Numbered from the stretch's first letter, positions 18,888 to 27,396 are shown. The stretch: 40,099 nt of DNA from a virus (IMGVR_UViG_3300035212_002004:1-40099), one strand, 5' to 3'. The notes: generated by a model from the sequence alone, not told the origin. Numbers and translations are program-made.

Positions 18888-20617
18888 TATATATCTAGTG
18901 TTATTTCGTTTCTAATTACTTTGTTCATGTGTCTATTAGCACATAATGCTGATTCTTGAATAATTCGTTGACCACTTAATGTAATGGCTTCTGATAGAAT
19001 TACATTACCATATCTAAATTTAGGTAAAGCTGTTGCTCCATATAAACTATTTAGTAAGATCTTCATAGTATATTGCATTAAATGATATTTTTCACCACCT
19101 ATAATATCACCAGCTTTATAAGCTTTCTTCATTAAGTTTTTATATAAAACTCTTTCATCAAACCATTTTGCTAATATAGTAGATAATACAGATGGATTAT
19201 CAGTTTGAAATATAACACCATTTGCTGAGATGGCCAAATTATATTGTAAGAGAAGTTTAACTAATTTTGAACTTGTCCAATCAATTTTATTGAATTTGTT
19301 TTGATTAGTAAACCATTCCATATTTCGGGGTTGATCATCAGTATCAGCTTGTAAATCATTTAGACCTAATCTATTGTTTCTATCATTAAAATCTAAAATT
19401 CTACCTACTAATGTTTCCTTACCAATGTTTAGAGACATAATAATTGAAGGGTATAGTGAAGTTAAATCCTCATCAAACATATAGCGATATAAACCTGCTT
19501 TAGGGCAGAACAAATAACCACCAGCATAATTCTTTTTAGAAACAAGATTTCTATCTCTTGAAGGTGGAACTATACCTTCTGATAAAAGGTAAGCTGAAAT
19601 CGCACCATCGTGAATTTTAGAGGATTGGTAAACATCATCATAATGAATTTTACCTTTATGTGCTAGGTTTTTAGTTAGACCAATATAATTGAATTTAGAA
19701 TCTAATGCTTTAAGAATTTCAACATCACGAAAGTTATATTCGATGAATTTTTCTTTATCAGTATTAAATAACCTATCTAAACTACCATTATACTCAATTT
19801 TACCTAATTTACAATATTTTTCACCTAAAGCATCTAATTTATAAGAGGGTTCATCAGACATTGAATATTTTTTATGTAAACGGATATAATCTAAAGAATA
19901 CATACCTTCAATTCTAATTGGTTGATCAGGATTGTATATAGTGTTTCCGTCTGAACCCTGAAATGATGGTTCTTTAACAGAACCTATTGGGGAGAATGAA
20001 TTAGCTTTACGTTCACCTAACTGATTGTAAATTCTCCAGTATAGGTAAGGTATATCGAAATAGTCACTATTATAACCAATTAAGATATCAGGTTGTACTT
20101 TGTTTAGATAATTTAACCATTTAGTTAGTAATTCTCTTTCGTTAGGAACAGAGATAATTTGTTTATTACCTATGGTTGTAGATTCAATTTTACCTTCTTT
20201 ATCTAAGATTAAGATATACCACTTATCTTCTTGTTTGTACCACCAAGCAATTGAAGTGACAGGTTTAGGTGCTCTTTTAATATAATCAGGTGTAAGAGCA
20301 CCCCCCATCTCAATCTCAATATCGAAAAATATTTCTTTGTGTGAAGTTGAAGGTTCATCATTAATACCGTATTTATCAATTAAGAATTTTTGATGAATAG
20401 GCATATCATGGTAATGAATAAATGGGTTATCACGTTCCCAATATGTAACCTTTTTTAGAGGTTCACCCTTTAAACTAACATGAGTTGAATCTTTTTCATA
20501 GCATTTTTCATAAGCATAATTTTGGAATTCATACTGTTCTACTCCATCATCTGTCCATAAAGTAATGTTATGGCGGTTTTTTCCTAAAGATGTGGTAACT
20601 ATGTTTTTATAACTCAT
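18887..20617 (-). CDS. family B DNA polymerase, N-terminal subunit (3'-5' exonuclease, motifs A and B)
   Basis: FDIE (ExoI), GYNSDYFDIPY (ExoII), YNFRDV (ExoIII), DLTSLYPS (A), KILLNSLYG (B); stops before motif C. Confidence 0.95.
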   Translation of the reverse strand: MSYKNIVTTSLGKNRHNITLWTDDGVEQYEFQNYAYEKCYEKDSTHVSLKGEPLKKVTYWERDNPFIHYHDMPIHQKFLIDKYGINDEPSTSHKEIFFDIEIEMGGALTPDYIKRAPKPVTSIAWWYKQEDKWYILILDKEGKIESTTIGNKQIISVPNERELLTKWLNYLNKVQPDILIGYNSDYFDIPYLYWRIYNQLGERKANSFSPIGSVKEPSFQGSDGNTIYNPDQPIRIEGMYSLDYIRLHKKYSMSDEPSYKLDALGEKYCKLGKIEYNGSLDRLFNTDKEKFIEYNFRDVEILKALDSKFNYIGLTKNLAHKGKIHYDDVYQSSKIHDGAISAYLLSEGIVPPSRDRNLVSKKNYAGGYLFCPKAGLYRYMFDEDLTSLYPSIIMSLNIGKETLVGRILDFNDRNNRLGLNDLQADTDDQPRNMEWFTNQNKFNKIDWTSSKLVKLLLQYNLAISANGVIFQTDNPSVLSTILAKWFDERVLYKNLMKKAYKAGDIIGGEKYHLMQYTMKILLNSLYGATALPKFRYGNVILSEAITLSGQRIIQESALCANRHMNKVIRNEITLDI

Positions 20618-20637
20618 TTATAACCTTTTTTATTTTA

Positions 20638-20949
20638 TTAAATACTAGTCTTTGGTTTTTTAGGATAATATTTCCTTTTTTTACTAGGTTTGGTAGGTTC
20701 TACTATTGTCTCTAAAGTTATTGTTGTTGACTCTGGTGTTGTTTTAGCAATTTCTACTACTTTTTCTAAAACCTCTGGTGTTATTTGTTGAGAGGTTGTT
20801 TTTGTTCTGTTGTCGGTCTCTTGTTGTATGTCTTGCACAGTTTTGTATAGATCCGACATAGGTAATTGACCTTTCTGTACTTGGTATGATACCGTTAGAG
20901 CTACCGCTACGATAGCTGCTATTAAAATAATTGATAATAAAATTGACAT
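20638..20949 (-). CDS. membrane-anchored hypothetical protein
   Basis: hydrophobic N-terminus, Thr-rich middle, basic tail KKRKYYPKKPK. Confidence 0.6.
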   Translation of the reverse strand: MSILLSIILIAAIVAVALTVSYQVQKGQLPMSDLYKTVQDIQQETDNRTKTTSQQITPEVLEKVVEIAKTTPESTTITLETIVEPTKPSKKRKYYPKKPKTSI

Positions 20950-20958
20950 ATAATTGAT

Positions 20959-21441
20959 TTAATTGTTAAAAAATTGTTTTAAATTTGGTCTGAAATAATT
21001 GATGTTTTTCATTACTTTTCTATCTCTACTTCTATAAACGATATAGTAGTTGCCAACTTTTTCATAATGACATTCTTCACCCTGTTCGCTCGATCTTTTA
21101 ATGACAGTTGCTTTAGCATCTTCTTCTGTTTTGCAAGCTTTCGACATATTTGAAGCTTGTACTTCTTGATATGCCGGCCATATCTTATCCTTAAGGCCAT
21201 GTAACATAGCACCGTTCCCAAGGGAAACATAAGTAATATCGCACAAAGCATCCAGAATCTCAACGATGTCTCCTCTTTCGCAAGCCTCTCTATATTCTTC
21301 AAGTTCTTCAAGGATGAAATTGTAGACAAACATCCATTCGTCTTTGGGGGGGATTGTTGGTTCATAATTGTTTGGTTTGCCCATTGTGGCATTAAATTCT
21401 TCTACCTCATCAATGAAAGGCACATTTGGTTTTGTAATCAT
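20959..21441 (-). CDS. MazG-like / PRA-PH-like nucleoside triphosphate pyrophosphohydrolase
   Basis: VEEFN, EELEEY, EILDALCDITYV, EVQASNMSK, KVMK...YFRPNL. Confidence 0.85.
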   Translation of the reverse strand: MITKPNVPFIDEVEEFNATMGKPNNYEPTIPPKDEWMFVYNFILEELEEYREACERGDIVEILDALCDITYVSLGNGAMLHGLKDKIWPAYQEVQASNMSKACKTEEDAKATVIKRSSEQGEECHYEKVGNYYIVYRSRDRKVMKNINYFRPNLKQFFNN

Positions 21442-21450
21442 AACTTGTTT

Positions 21451-21831
21451 TTAAATTGTTTTTTTAACTGCTCCTATTAATATGTAATAGGGCCAGTCCG
21501 AATATAATAAATGTTCTTCAGTCATCAAAATTTTATCGCCAGGAATAAATGAAAATGATGTTCTTTGTTTAGTAGCATTTATTTGATGTATTACTTCATA
21601 TACACCCAACTCAGCTGCTGGGTAATCCGATGGATTATATAGGGGAGGGGAATTTGATTCATAAGGCATAACCCCATTTACCCATTCTTGTCTATCTCCA
21701 CAACCACAATCTTCTATACCTAAAGCTTCAGTTATTACTTCTACAGCTTTGGCTATACCAGTAGCATGAGTGAATTTAGCAATTGTATCTCCTAAACCTC
21801 TTGAAGGTTGAGTTGGATCAAAGTTTTCCAT
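21451..21831 (-). CDS. hypothetical protein
   Basis: GLGDTIAKFT...DCGC..RQEW pattern; 126 aa. Confidence 0.65.
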   Translation of the reverse strand: MENFDPTQPSRGLGDTIAKFTHATGIAKAVEVITEALGIEDCGCGDRQEWVNGVMPYESNSPPLYNPSDYPAAELGVYEVIHQINATKQRTSFSFIPGDKILMTEEHLLYSDWPYYILIGAVKKTI

Positions 21832-21832
21832 T

Positions 21833-22231
21833 TTATTTTTTTAAGTAATCTTGTATAACTTCAGAATCTCTTCTTTCCCAAGGATAAATGACCCATTCAT
21901 TACCTTCATGTATGATGGCATAAATATCAGGTTTATAACAAGAAGTGTGGGGTTTGTAATGTAATACTGCTGTGTAACCTCCTATACAATTTTTTAATGT
22001 TACTCCCGAGTCACAAATGTCATCTACTACTAAAGTATTAGGCAACATCACGTCAGACCACGGTAAACCTAATCTATGTGATACCATCACGGCAGGTATA
22101 AGCCCGCCGCGTTTTAGCCCAAATACTGAATCAATATTGGGTTGTTTTGTAATGATTTTTTTGCATAGGGTATCAATTAAATCACTAGTATCATCCCAAC
22201 TTAAATAAATTTTGTTTCCTACTTTTAACAT
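21833..22231 (-). CDS. purine phosphoribosyltransferase (Gpt/Hpt-like), compact
   Basis: SWDD, RGGLIPA, PRPP-binding LVVDDICDSGVT, WVIYPWE. Confidence 0.9.
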   Translation of the reverse strand: MLKVGNKIYLSWDDTSDLIDTLCKKIITKQPNIDSVFGLKRGGLIPAVMVSHRLGLPWSDVMLPNTLVVDDICDSGVTLKNCIGGYTAVLHYKPHTSCYKPDIYAIIHEGNEWVIYPWERRDSEVIQDYLKK

Positions 22232-22926
22232 TATACTGGGTGATTGCCGTTATTAATTTTAATTGAATCGAAGAATTCTTCACGAGCTAAATTTCCATTT
22301 TCCATAAATACACCATTTGCTTTAGTTGTTATCATAGATGCTCCGTTATGTCTAACTCCTCTACATGAAACACAATTGTGAGTACCTACTACAGTTACGA
22401 TTACACCTCTATTGTTTTCACAAATTTTATCTACTGCATTGTGAATAGCGGATGTTAGTTGTTCTTGTATTGCTCCTCTTCTACCAAACAATTCAACAAT
22501 TCTGTTTAGTTTAGATAAACCAATTACTCTACCATTTTCACCTACTACATAACCTATATGAACTACTCCTCCAATTGTTTGGTGGTGATGTGAACACATT
22601 GAAGTTAATGGAATATTTCTTTCGATTACAATACCATCGTAACCATCAGAAGGGAATGAAGTGATTTCAGACATTGGAGTGTATCTACCTTTCCATAAGT
22701 CATTAACGTAGGCTTTAGCTACACGTCTTGGTGTATCAGCACTGTTTGGATCATTTTTCCAATCGCAACCTAATGCATCTAAAAATTGACCATAGGCTTC
22801 AGCAGCATCATCAATCATAGATGATTTTTCTTTTTCAGTAAGTGGGAAACCTGGTGCAATACCGTTTGCATAACCTACAGGAACGATTTCTAAATCGTTA
22901 TGGATTTTTTTTCTGTTTTCTGTCAT
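22231..22926 (-). CDS. folE: GTP cyclohydrolase I
   Basis: TPRRVAK, SMCSHH, GLSKLNR, QEQLT, HNCVSCRG. Confidence 0.95.
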   Translation of the reverse strand: MTENRKKIHNDLEIVPVGYANGIAPGFPLTEKEKSSMIDDAAEAYGQFLDALGCDWKNDPNSADTPRRVAKAYVNDLWKGRYTPMSEITSFPSDGYDGIVIERNIPLTSMCSHHHQTIGGVVHIGYVVGENGRVIGLSKLNRIVELFGRRGAIQEQLTSAIHNAVDKICENNRGVIVTVVGTHNCVSCRGVRHNGASMITTKANGVFMENGNLAREEFFDSIKINNGNHPV

Positions 22927-23104
22927 AAGAATAAATTGTTTTTTTATCTTTACTTGTAAATTTATATCCGTCTAATGTAATAAAGTCTAATTCAAGATCC
23001 AAATCTTCTACATAATATTGTACTTTAAAACTGCCAATTCTTTCATTGCAGTATAACCACCATAAGGTGTTAAGTATTTCAAAATGGTTTGGTTGCACTT
23101 TCAT
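22898..23104 (-). CDS. hypothetical protein
   Basis: 68-aa ORF coupled to queE stop (TAATG). Confidence 0.55.
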   Translation of the reverse strand: MKVQPNHFEILNTLWWLYCNERIGSFKVQYYVEDLDLELDFITLDGYKFTSKDKKTIYSYDRKQKKNP

Positions 23105-23940
23105 TACACAAATCTATTTTTACCAAACATCATTATATGTAATCTAGGAGCAAATCTCCAACCTCTTTTTAATGCTTGTTCTGCAATCCACCCTGTTCTA
23201 CTATTAAGAGTATTTACATCTACTCCTTCTGGCATTAGGCATATATCTGAAGGTTCCCAACCGGTTAATTGGTTTAATATTTGTTCTATTTCTATAATAT
23301 CTTGATCTGTAGCTATAACAAACTTTAATTGAAAGTCAGTTAAATACTTTTTACTTCCATCAATATAAGATTGAATTACGGGAATATTAATTCTCAACTT
23401 TTCATGTTTAGTAGCCCATTTTTCACTATACTCAATTCCGGTTTCTACAAGATTAGCTTGATGAGGAGTTGAAGTTGATAATTTAGGTGACATTGAAACT
23501 AAATCTGTATGTTGAGATATTTTATCACTAAATATAGTTGCATTTGTTTCAATTGTTGTATGATAACCTAATGTTTGTAATTTTTCTAATAGTTCTTCTA
23601 ATGCCTCGGTTTGCATTGTAGGTTCTCCTCCTGAAATAACTATATGTTTAATTCTTTGTGATAATGTATTCTCTACAACTACTTGAATAATATCATCAAT
23701 AGTCATAGGATTTTTTTCGGGTTTATGGGAAGAATATGGTGTATCACAAGGTGATCCTTTTCCGTCTAATCCAATCCATGCACATCTTAAATTACATGCA
23801 GATGTTCTAATGAATAGACAGGCAGTTCCTGTTAATTTTCCTTCTCCTTGAAAGGTACCTGAGTATTTGAATCCGGTTGAATCTTCTATAAGATTTTCTT
23901 TTATGGGAAAAATTCCCCCATTTACTAAATTTAGTTTCAT
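23104..23940 (-). CDS. queE: 7-carboxy-7-deazaguanine synthase (radical SAM)
   Basis: TFQGEG, FIRTSACNLRC...CDT, SGGEP, IETN, SMSPK, LMPEG, PRLH. Confidence 0.92.
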   Translation of the reverse strand: MKLNLVNGGIFPIKENLIEDSTGFKYSGTFQGEGKLTGTACLFIRTSACNLRCAWIGLDGKGSPCDTPYSSHKPEKNPMTIDDIIQVVVENTLSQRIKHIVISGGEPTMQTEALEELLEKLQTLGYHTTIETNATIFSDKISQHTDLVSMSPKLSTSTPHQANLVETGIEYSEKWATKHEKLRINIPVIQSYIDGSKKYLTDFQLKFVIATDQDIIEIEQILNQLTGWEPSDICLMPEGVDVNTLNSRTGWIAEQALKRGWRFAPRLHIMMFGKNRFV

Positions 23941-23957
23941 GTAAAACTTTTTAATTA

Positions 23958-24338
23958 TTAAATTTTTAATTTTAAATATTCCTTAAAGGTGTTAACAATT
24001 TTGTTCCTTTCCAAATAGTGAAATTCCATATGACAGTTTCTGCAAATCATTACACATTTTCTAATTTCATCTTTAATAAGTTTTATACCATAAGCATTAA
24101 ATTGAAGATTAGTTACATCTTTATACTTAGTACTTGGATCTAAATGATGAAATTCTAGTAAATATGGTTTATGAGATAACTCACACTTAACACATTTACA
24201 CATTTTTTTATATCGTTGAATGAATTCTTTATTTCTTTTTTCAAATTCTTTTTTCTTTGATTTATTTGTAGCTTTATATTTATTTTCATAATACCAAGCT
24301 CTATACTCAGCAGTACCACTTTTAGGTTTTGTTTCCAT
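23958..24338 (-). CDS. HNH endonuclease
   Basis: CVKC, LEFHHLDP..K, EIRKCVMICRNCH...H. Confidence 0.85.
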   Translation of the reverse strand: METKPKSGTAEYRAWYYENKYKATNKSKKKEFEKRNKEFIQRYKKMCKCVKCELSHKPYLLEFHHLDPSTKYKDVTNLQFNAYGIKLIKDEIRKCVMICRNCHMEFHYLERNKIVNTFKEYLKLKI

Positions 24339-24388
24339 ATATTATTTTACTATAAATATTGGAGGGCTTCATTAAAATGGTATTCTTT

Positions 24389-24625
24389 TCATTTGCTTAT
24401 TTTTTTATTTATTTCATCTCTAGCAAATAGAGATATAAACTCAGGTGTTGTTCTTCCTTCCGGTACTAGTATTTCTGTTAGAGGAGCTGCTATTGAAGTG
24501 TCCCCTGGATGTATTATTAAAATTTCTTCATCCATGTCAAAAGTTGTTAGAAACTGTATTACCTGTCTTATGGTTAGTGGTTTTCTTTCATCTTGGTTAA
24601 GTAGTAGTTTCATATTACTCTCCAT
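24389..24625 (-). CDS. hypothetical protein
   Basis: 78-aa ORF overlapping queD stop. Confidence 0.55.
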   Translation of the reverse strand: MESNMKLLLNQDERKPLTIRQVIQFLTTFDMDEEILIIHPGDTSIAAPLTEILVPEGRTTPEFISLFARDEINKKISK

Positions 24626-25076
24626 ATATTGCTGTGTTTTTATTATGTTCCATAAACTCTACACTCACTACTCTAACTCTATTATTTGTTTCTTCGAGTA
24701 CAAATGTATTTACTTTCTCGTAAATGTATTTTGCAAATTGTTCTGCTCCTGTAGCTGGGATTATTCTTAGTTGGATAAGTCCTTTATTCTGCATTTCTCT
24801 GAAGAGTTCAAGAGATGGATCATCCATAGCTATGATTGTGGTATGATCAAACATATAGTCCATCCATGCTTTTGGATTCATTCCTCCAATAGTGTTCTTA
24901 GCTCTTTTCATTCCTCCAAAGTCCCATACCCAGTTTCTTTCGTCTAGGTCTCCTTCGAAGATAATCTTGAAAGAAATACCATACCCATGCAGGAACCTAC
25001 AATGTGTTTCATCTGCTCTCCATTGACGAAATACTGTTGAGTATCCATCAAATACTTTTGTTGATTGAAATTTCAT
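24615..25076 (-). CDS. queD: 6-carboxy-5,6,7,8-tetrahydropterin synthase
   Basis: HCRFLHGY, WVWDFG, FDHT, GAEQFA, VEFME..N.A. Confidence 0.9.
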   Translation of the reverse strand: MKFQSTKVFDGYSTVFRQWRADETHCRFLHGYGISFKIIFEGDLDERNWVWDFGGMKRAKNTIGGMNPKAWMDYMFDHTTIIAMDDPSLELFREMQNKGLIQLRIIPATGAEQFAKYIYEKVNTFVLEETNNRVRVVSVEFMEHNKNTAIYGE

Positions 25077-25077
25077 A

Positions 25078-25176
25078 TTAAAATATTAAGTTGTAAATTA
25101 TTGTCCATAATACTATTGTAACTGCTCCTATACTAGTCCATAAAAGAGGTTTAACATAATCTGTTTTTCGTTTCAT
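25078..25176 (-). CDS. small membrane peptide (32 aa)
   Basis: MKRKTDYVKPLLWTSIGAVTIVLWTIIYNLIF; fills gap between promoter 25194-25225 and queD ATG. Confidence 0.55.
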   Translation of the reverse strand: MKRKTDYVKPLLWTSIGAVTIVLWTIIYNLIF

Positions 25177-25193
25177 TGTTATATGTTTTTATT

Positions 25194-25225
25194 TTAATAT
25201 ACGGACTTTATTTTGTTATTCCAAA
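25194..25225 (-). promoter_or_regulatory. promoter (TTTG-N20-TATATTAA) upstream of queD-queE-folE block
   Basis: minus strand TTTG-gaataacaaaataaagtccg-TATATTAA. Confidence 0.65.
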
Positions 25226-25419
25226 CTTTTCTTAACAAATTCATCTCTATTTACAATTACATTAATTATACTTGGTAATTCACCTTGTGGACATCCTGCT
25301 GGTATTCTCTCCATTAGCTGTTTGTATGTATCATCGCCAACTATTCCATCAATAGTGTATTCTGTTTTAGTTCCATTTTCATATATTGCAATTGAATATG
25401 TCTCTAGCTTACTTTCCAT
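25216..25419 (-). CDS. hypothetical protein
   Basis: 67-aa ORF in operon. Confidence 0.55.
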   Translation of the reverse strand: MESKLETYSIAIYENGTKTEYTIDGIVGDDTYKQLMERIPAGCPQGELPSIINVIVNRDEFVKKSLE

Positions 25420-25639
25420 CTCCTAAATGTTTTTTTATTTGTTCGTCCCATTCTTCATTTATTTTATCTAAAGCATCTGCAATACCTCTTAGGGCATATG
25501 AACTCCAGTACCCTGATGTTTCTGTTGTGTAGTATCCGTAGTATCCATCATCCTGCATGATAAACTTTCCTATTACCTTTGTATTGAAATAGACTAAGTG
25601 AACTCCGTTTGTAACGTAAGATAGGTGTATCATTTCCAT
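25409..25639 (-). CDS. hypothetical protein
   Basis: start likely at 25639 or 25633 (ATGA overlap); QDDGYY..., WSSYALRGIAD. Confidence 0.6.
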   Translation of the reverse strand: MEMIHLSYVTNGVHLVYFNTKVIGKFIMQDDGYYGYYTTETSGYWSSYALRGIADALDKINEEWDEQIKKHLGDGK

Positions 25640-25968
25640 ATTAATTGAATTAACATTATACAAACTGCTAGTGCTAAACAAACTAGAGTTTTTGCTGTGA
25701 GAGGTTCTCTAAACCACATCCAAGACATTGCCATGAACACTACTGCTCCTATGGCAAATCCTAGTAACCTAGAAGGCCATAGATTTCCATCAAAATGTGC
25801 TACCATATATTTTACTGATTGTAAATATAAAAGCGATAAAGGAAATCCTAAAATAGCCATATACATTGGATTATCTTTTGCCCATTGGAATTTGAACTGT
25901 CCCTGTAGTTGTAAGAATGTTAGTACTTGTGCTAAAATTCCGTAAAGTAATCCTAGTATGAAATTCAT
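25630..25968 (-). CDS. small 4-TM membrane protein, DMT/SMR-like
   Basis: four hydrophobic segments, FREPLT..TLV motif; start MNFILG at 25968. Confidence 0.65.
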   Translation of the reverse strand: MNFILGLLYGILAQVLTFLQLQGQFKFQWAKDNPMYMAILGFPLSLLYLQSVKYMVAHFDGNLWPSRLLGFAIGAVVFMAMSWMWFREPLTAKTLVCLALAVCIMLIQLIWK

Positions 25969-25969
25969 A

Positions 25970-26635
25970 TTAATTGTTTTTGTATTTCCAAATAAACCCA
26001 CCTACACTCTTTCTTTTACCTCTTCTACAAGAACATATATCACTTGAATCTATTTTTAATTTAGTTCCAGCTTGTTTAGCAGATTCCCATTCTTTTATAA
26101 AATTTCCTTGTAGGTCATACTGACATGCTGGGATGCTTTTGGCTTTAGCTAGGTTTTCTCTATGTTTTGGTGTTTTTATAAGTCCTGTTATACTGTCTTT
26201 TAAATTCTTTCTGTGAGAATCAGTCATAGGAGGTTTTTTTACCCCTTTCTTAGATACTCCCATTTTTAATCTAGTTTCTAGTGATTTTGGGATTTGTTTC
26301 ATCATATCAGCATGTTCCTGCCTTATTCTCTCGTACTGTCTATTTCCTATCTTATAATTCCTATTAGCTGTTTTTTGATTTGACATTGCCCATAGTGCAA
26401 ATTTTAATTTAGGTTCAACTAAGTAAATTCGACATAATAGTTGGTGACAAACAAAATGTTCTCTCGCTGTTAGTAGAATAATATTAGGATGTATTCTCCA
26501 TTGATGTGTTTTTCCTTCTCCACCAACACATTTTGGTATTATATGATGCCTCTCATAATATACACCTTTACCATATAACCTACCTTCTTTTCTTGCTCGA
26601 TCAATTATTTGATCATAAATTCTTTGATAATCCAT
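25970..26635 (-). CDS. HNH homing endonuclease with NUMOD3 repeats and NUMOD1
   Basis: YERHHIIPKCVGG...NIILLTAREHFVCHQLL; ETRLKMG, HRKNL, HRENL; QYDLQGNFIKEWES...GGFIWKY. Confidence 0.9.
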   Translation of the reverse strand: MDYQRIYDQIIDRARKEGRLYGKGVYYERHHIIPKCVGGEGKTHQWRIHPNIILLTAREHFVCHQLLCRIYLVEPKLKFALWAMSNQKTANRNYKIGNRQYERIRQEHADMMKQIPKSLETRLKMGVSKKGVKKPPMTDSHRKNLKDSITGLIKTPKHRENLAKAKSIPACQYDLQGNFIKEWESAKQAGTKLKIDSSDICSCRRGKRKSVGGFIWKYKNN

Positions 26636-26641
26636 AAAAGA

Positions 26642-26733
26642 TAAAAGCTACGGCTTTCGAGGTGGACGTCTCTACTTGCCTGTAGCTTTTAGTTAGTATT
26701 TTCTATATACGTAGCGTCCACTCTACACATATA
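26642..26733 (-). ncRNA. putative structured RNA (two hairpins with complementary loops, loop-E motif)
   Basis: hairpin 1 loop AGUGGACG, hairpin 2 loop ACGUCCAC, internal loop AAGUA/GAAA; fills the thyX-HNH intergenic gap. Confidence 0.6.
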
Positions 26734-26745
26734 AATATCAACTTT

Positions 26746-27396
26746 TTATGAAAAACTAAAAGCTTCTATTGTATATTTGAAAGGATTTCCTTCAATATTT
26801 TTTACTAAATCAAGCATTTGCTGTGCTAATTCTCTAACTTCTTTTTGACTATGCTCGGAGTTTCTTAATCCTTGAAAGTGAGCGAAGCTTCTGAAGTTAA
26901 AAGAAATGTCCATTGTAATTTGAGAGTTCATAGTTTTAAAAAATCTAGCTGATTCCTTTGCTCTCTTTCTTCCTAATACTGGTGTTAATTCTTCTAAGCA
27001 TTGATGATAGTAGTGATTACCTTGATTAGTAAAATTCTGTAATCTCTCTGCCCAGGTAGTAGTACAGTCGCTTACTTCCACCTCAAACCAATCTTCAGGT
27101 AAGTAGGATTTGTCTTCTTTTAATTCTTTATATCTAGCACTCTCACCATTAATAGAAACTCCAATACGATGTTTAAGTAAATGAATGTGAGTCGCTTGAT
27201 CTACATTTACTAAAAAATGTAATTGACTTTTTTCAAAAGGAGTATGATGTCCCTCAGATGCTAACATTTTTAGCAACTTAGGAATCCTTTGTATCTTTTC
27301 CTCAGTTAACTCTCTTGAAGTTGATGTCCATGCACTGCTTGCATGTACTGTATCGTTTCCATAATATCCTAATAATTCTACTGTATTTTTATTCAT
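26746..27396 (-). CDS. thyX: flavin-dependent thymidylate synthase
   Basis: GHHTPFE, KHRIGVSINGESARY (RHRxxS..SxR variant), AKESAR, NFRS..HF..LR...HSQKEVR; start MNKNTV at 27396. Confidence 0.9.
   Translation of the reverse strand: MNKNTVELLGYYGNDTVHASSAWTSTSRELTEEKIQRIPKLLKMLASEGHHTPFEKSQLHFLVNVDQATHIHLLKHRIGVSINGESARYKELKEDKSYLPEDWFEVEVSDCTTTWAERLQNFTNQGNHYYHQCLEELTPVLGRKRAKESARFFKTMNSQITMDISFNFRSFAHFQGLRNSEHSQKEVRELAQQMLDLVKNIEGNPFKYTIEAFSFS

Noticed and set aside
18600-18900. Group I intron, intein or frameshift explaining the PolB split
   Set aside because: No intein termini, no recognisable intron core or GC-rich stems; the gap is exactly filled by a translationally coupled ORF. Not formally excluded without RNA data.
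21012-21392. 126-aa alternative-frame ORF inside the MazG-like gene
   Set aside because: Fully nested in a gene with clear motifs, with no separate start signal or recognisable features.
26642-26733. Assignment of the structure as preQ1, lysine or guanidine-IV riboswitch, or as hammerhead or HDV-like ribozyme
   Set aside because: I could not match the conserved cores (no CUGAnGA, no five-way junction, no preQ1-type compact pseudoknot); left unassigned.
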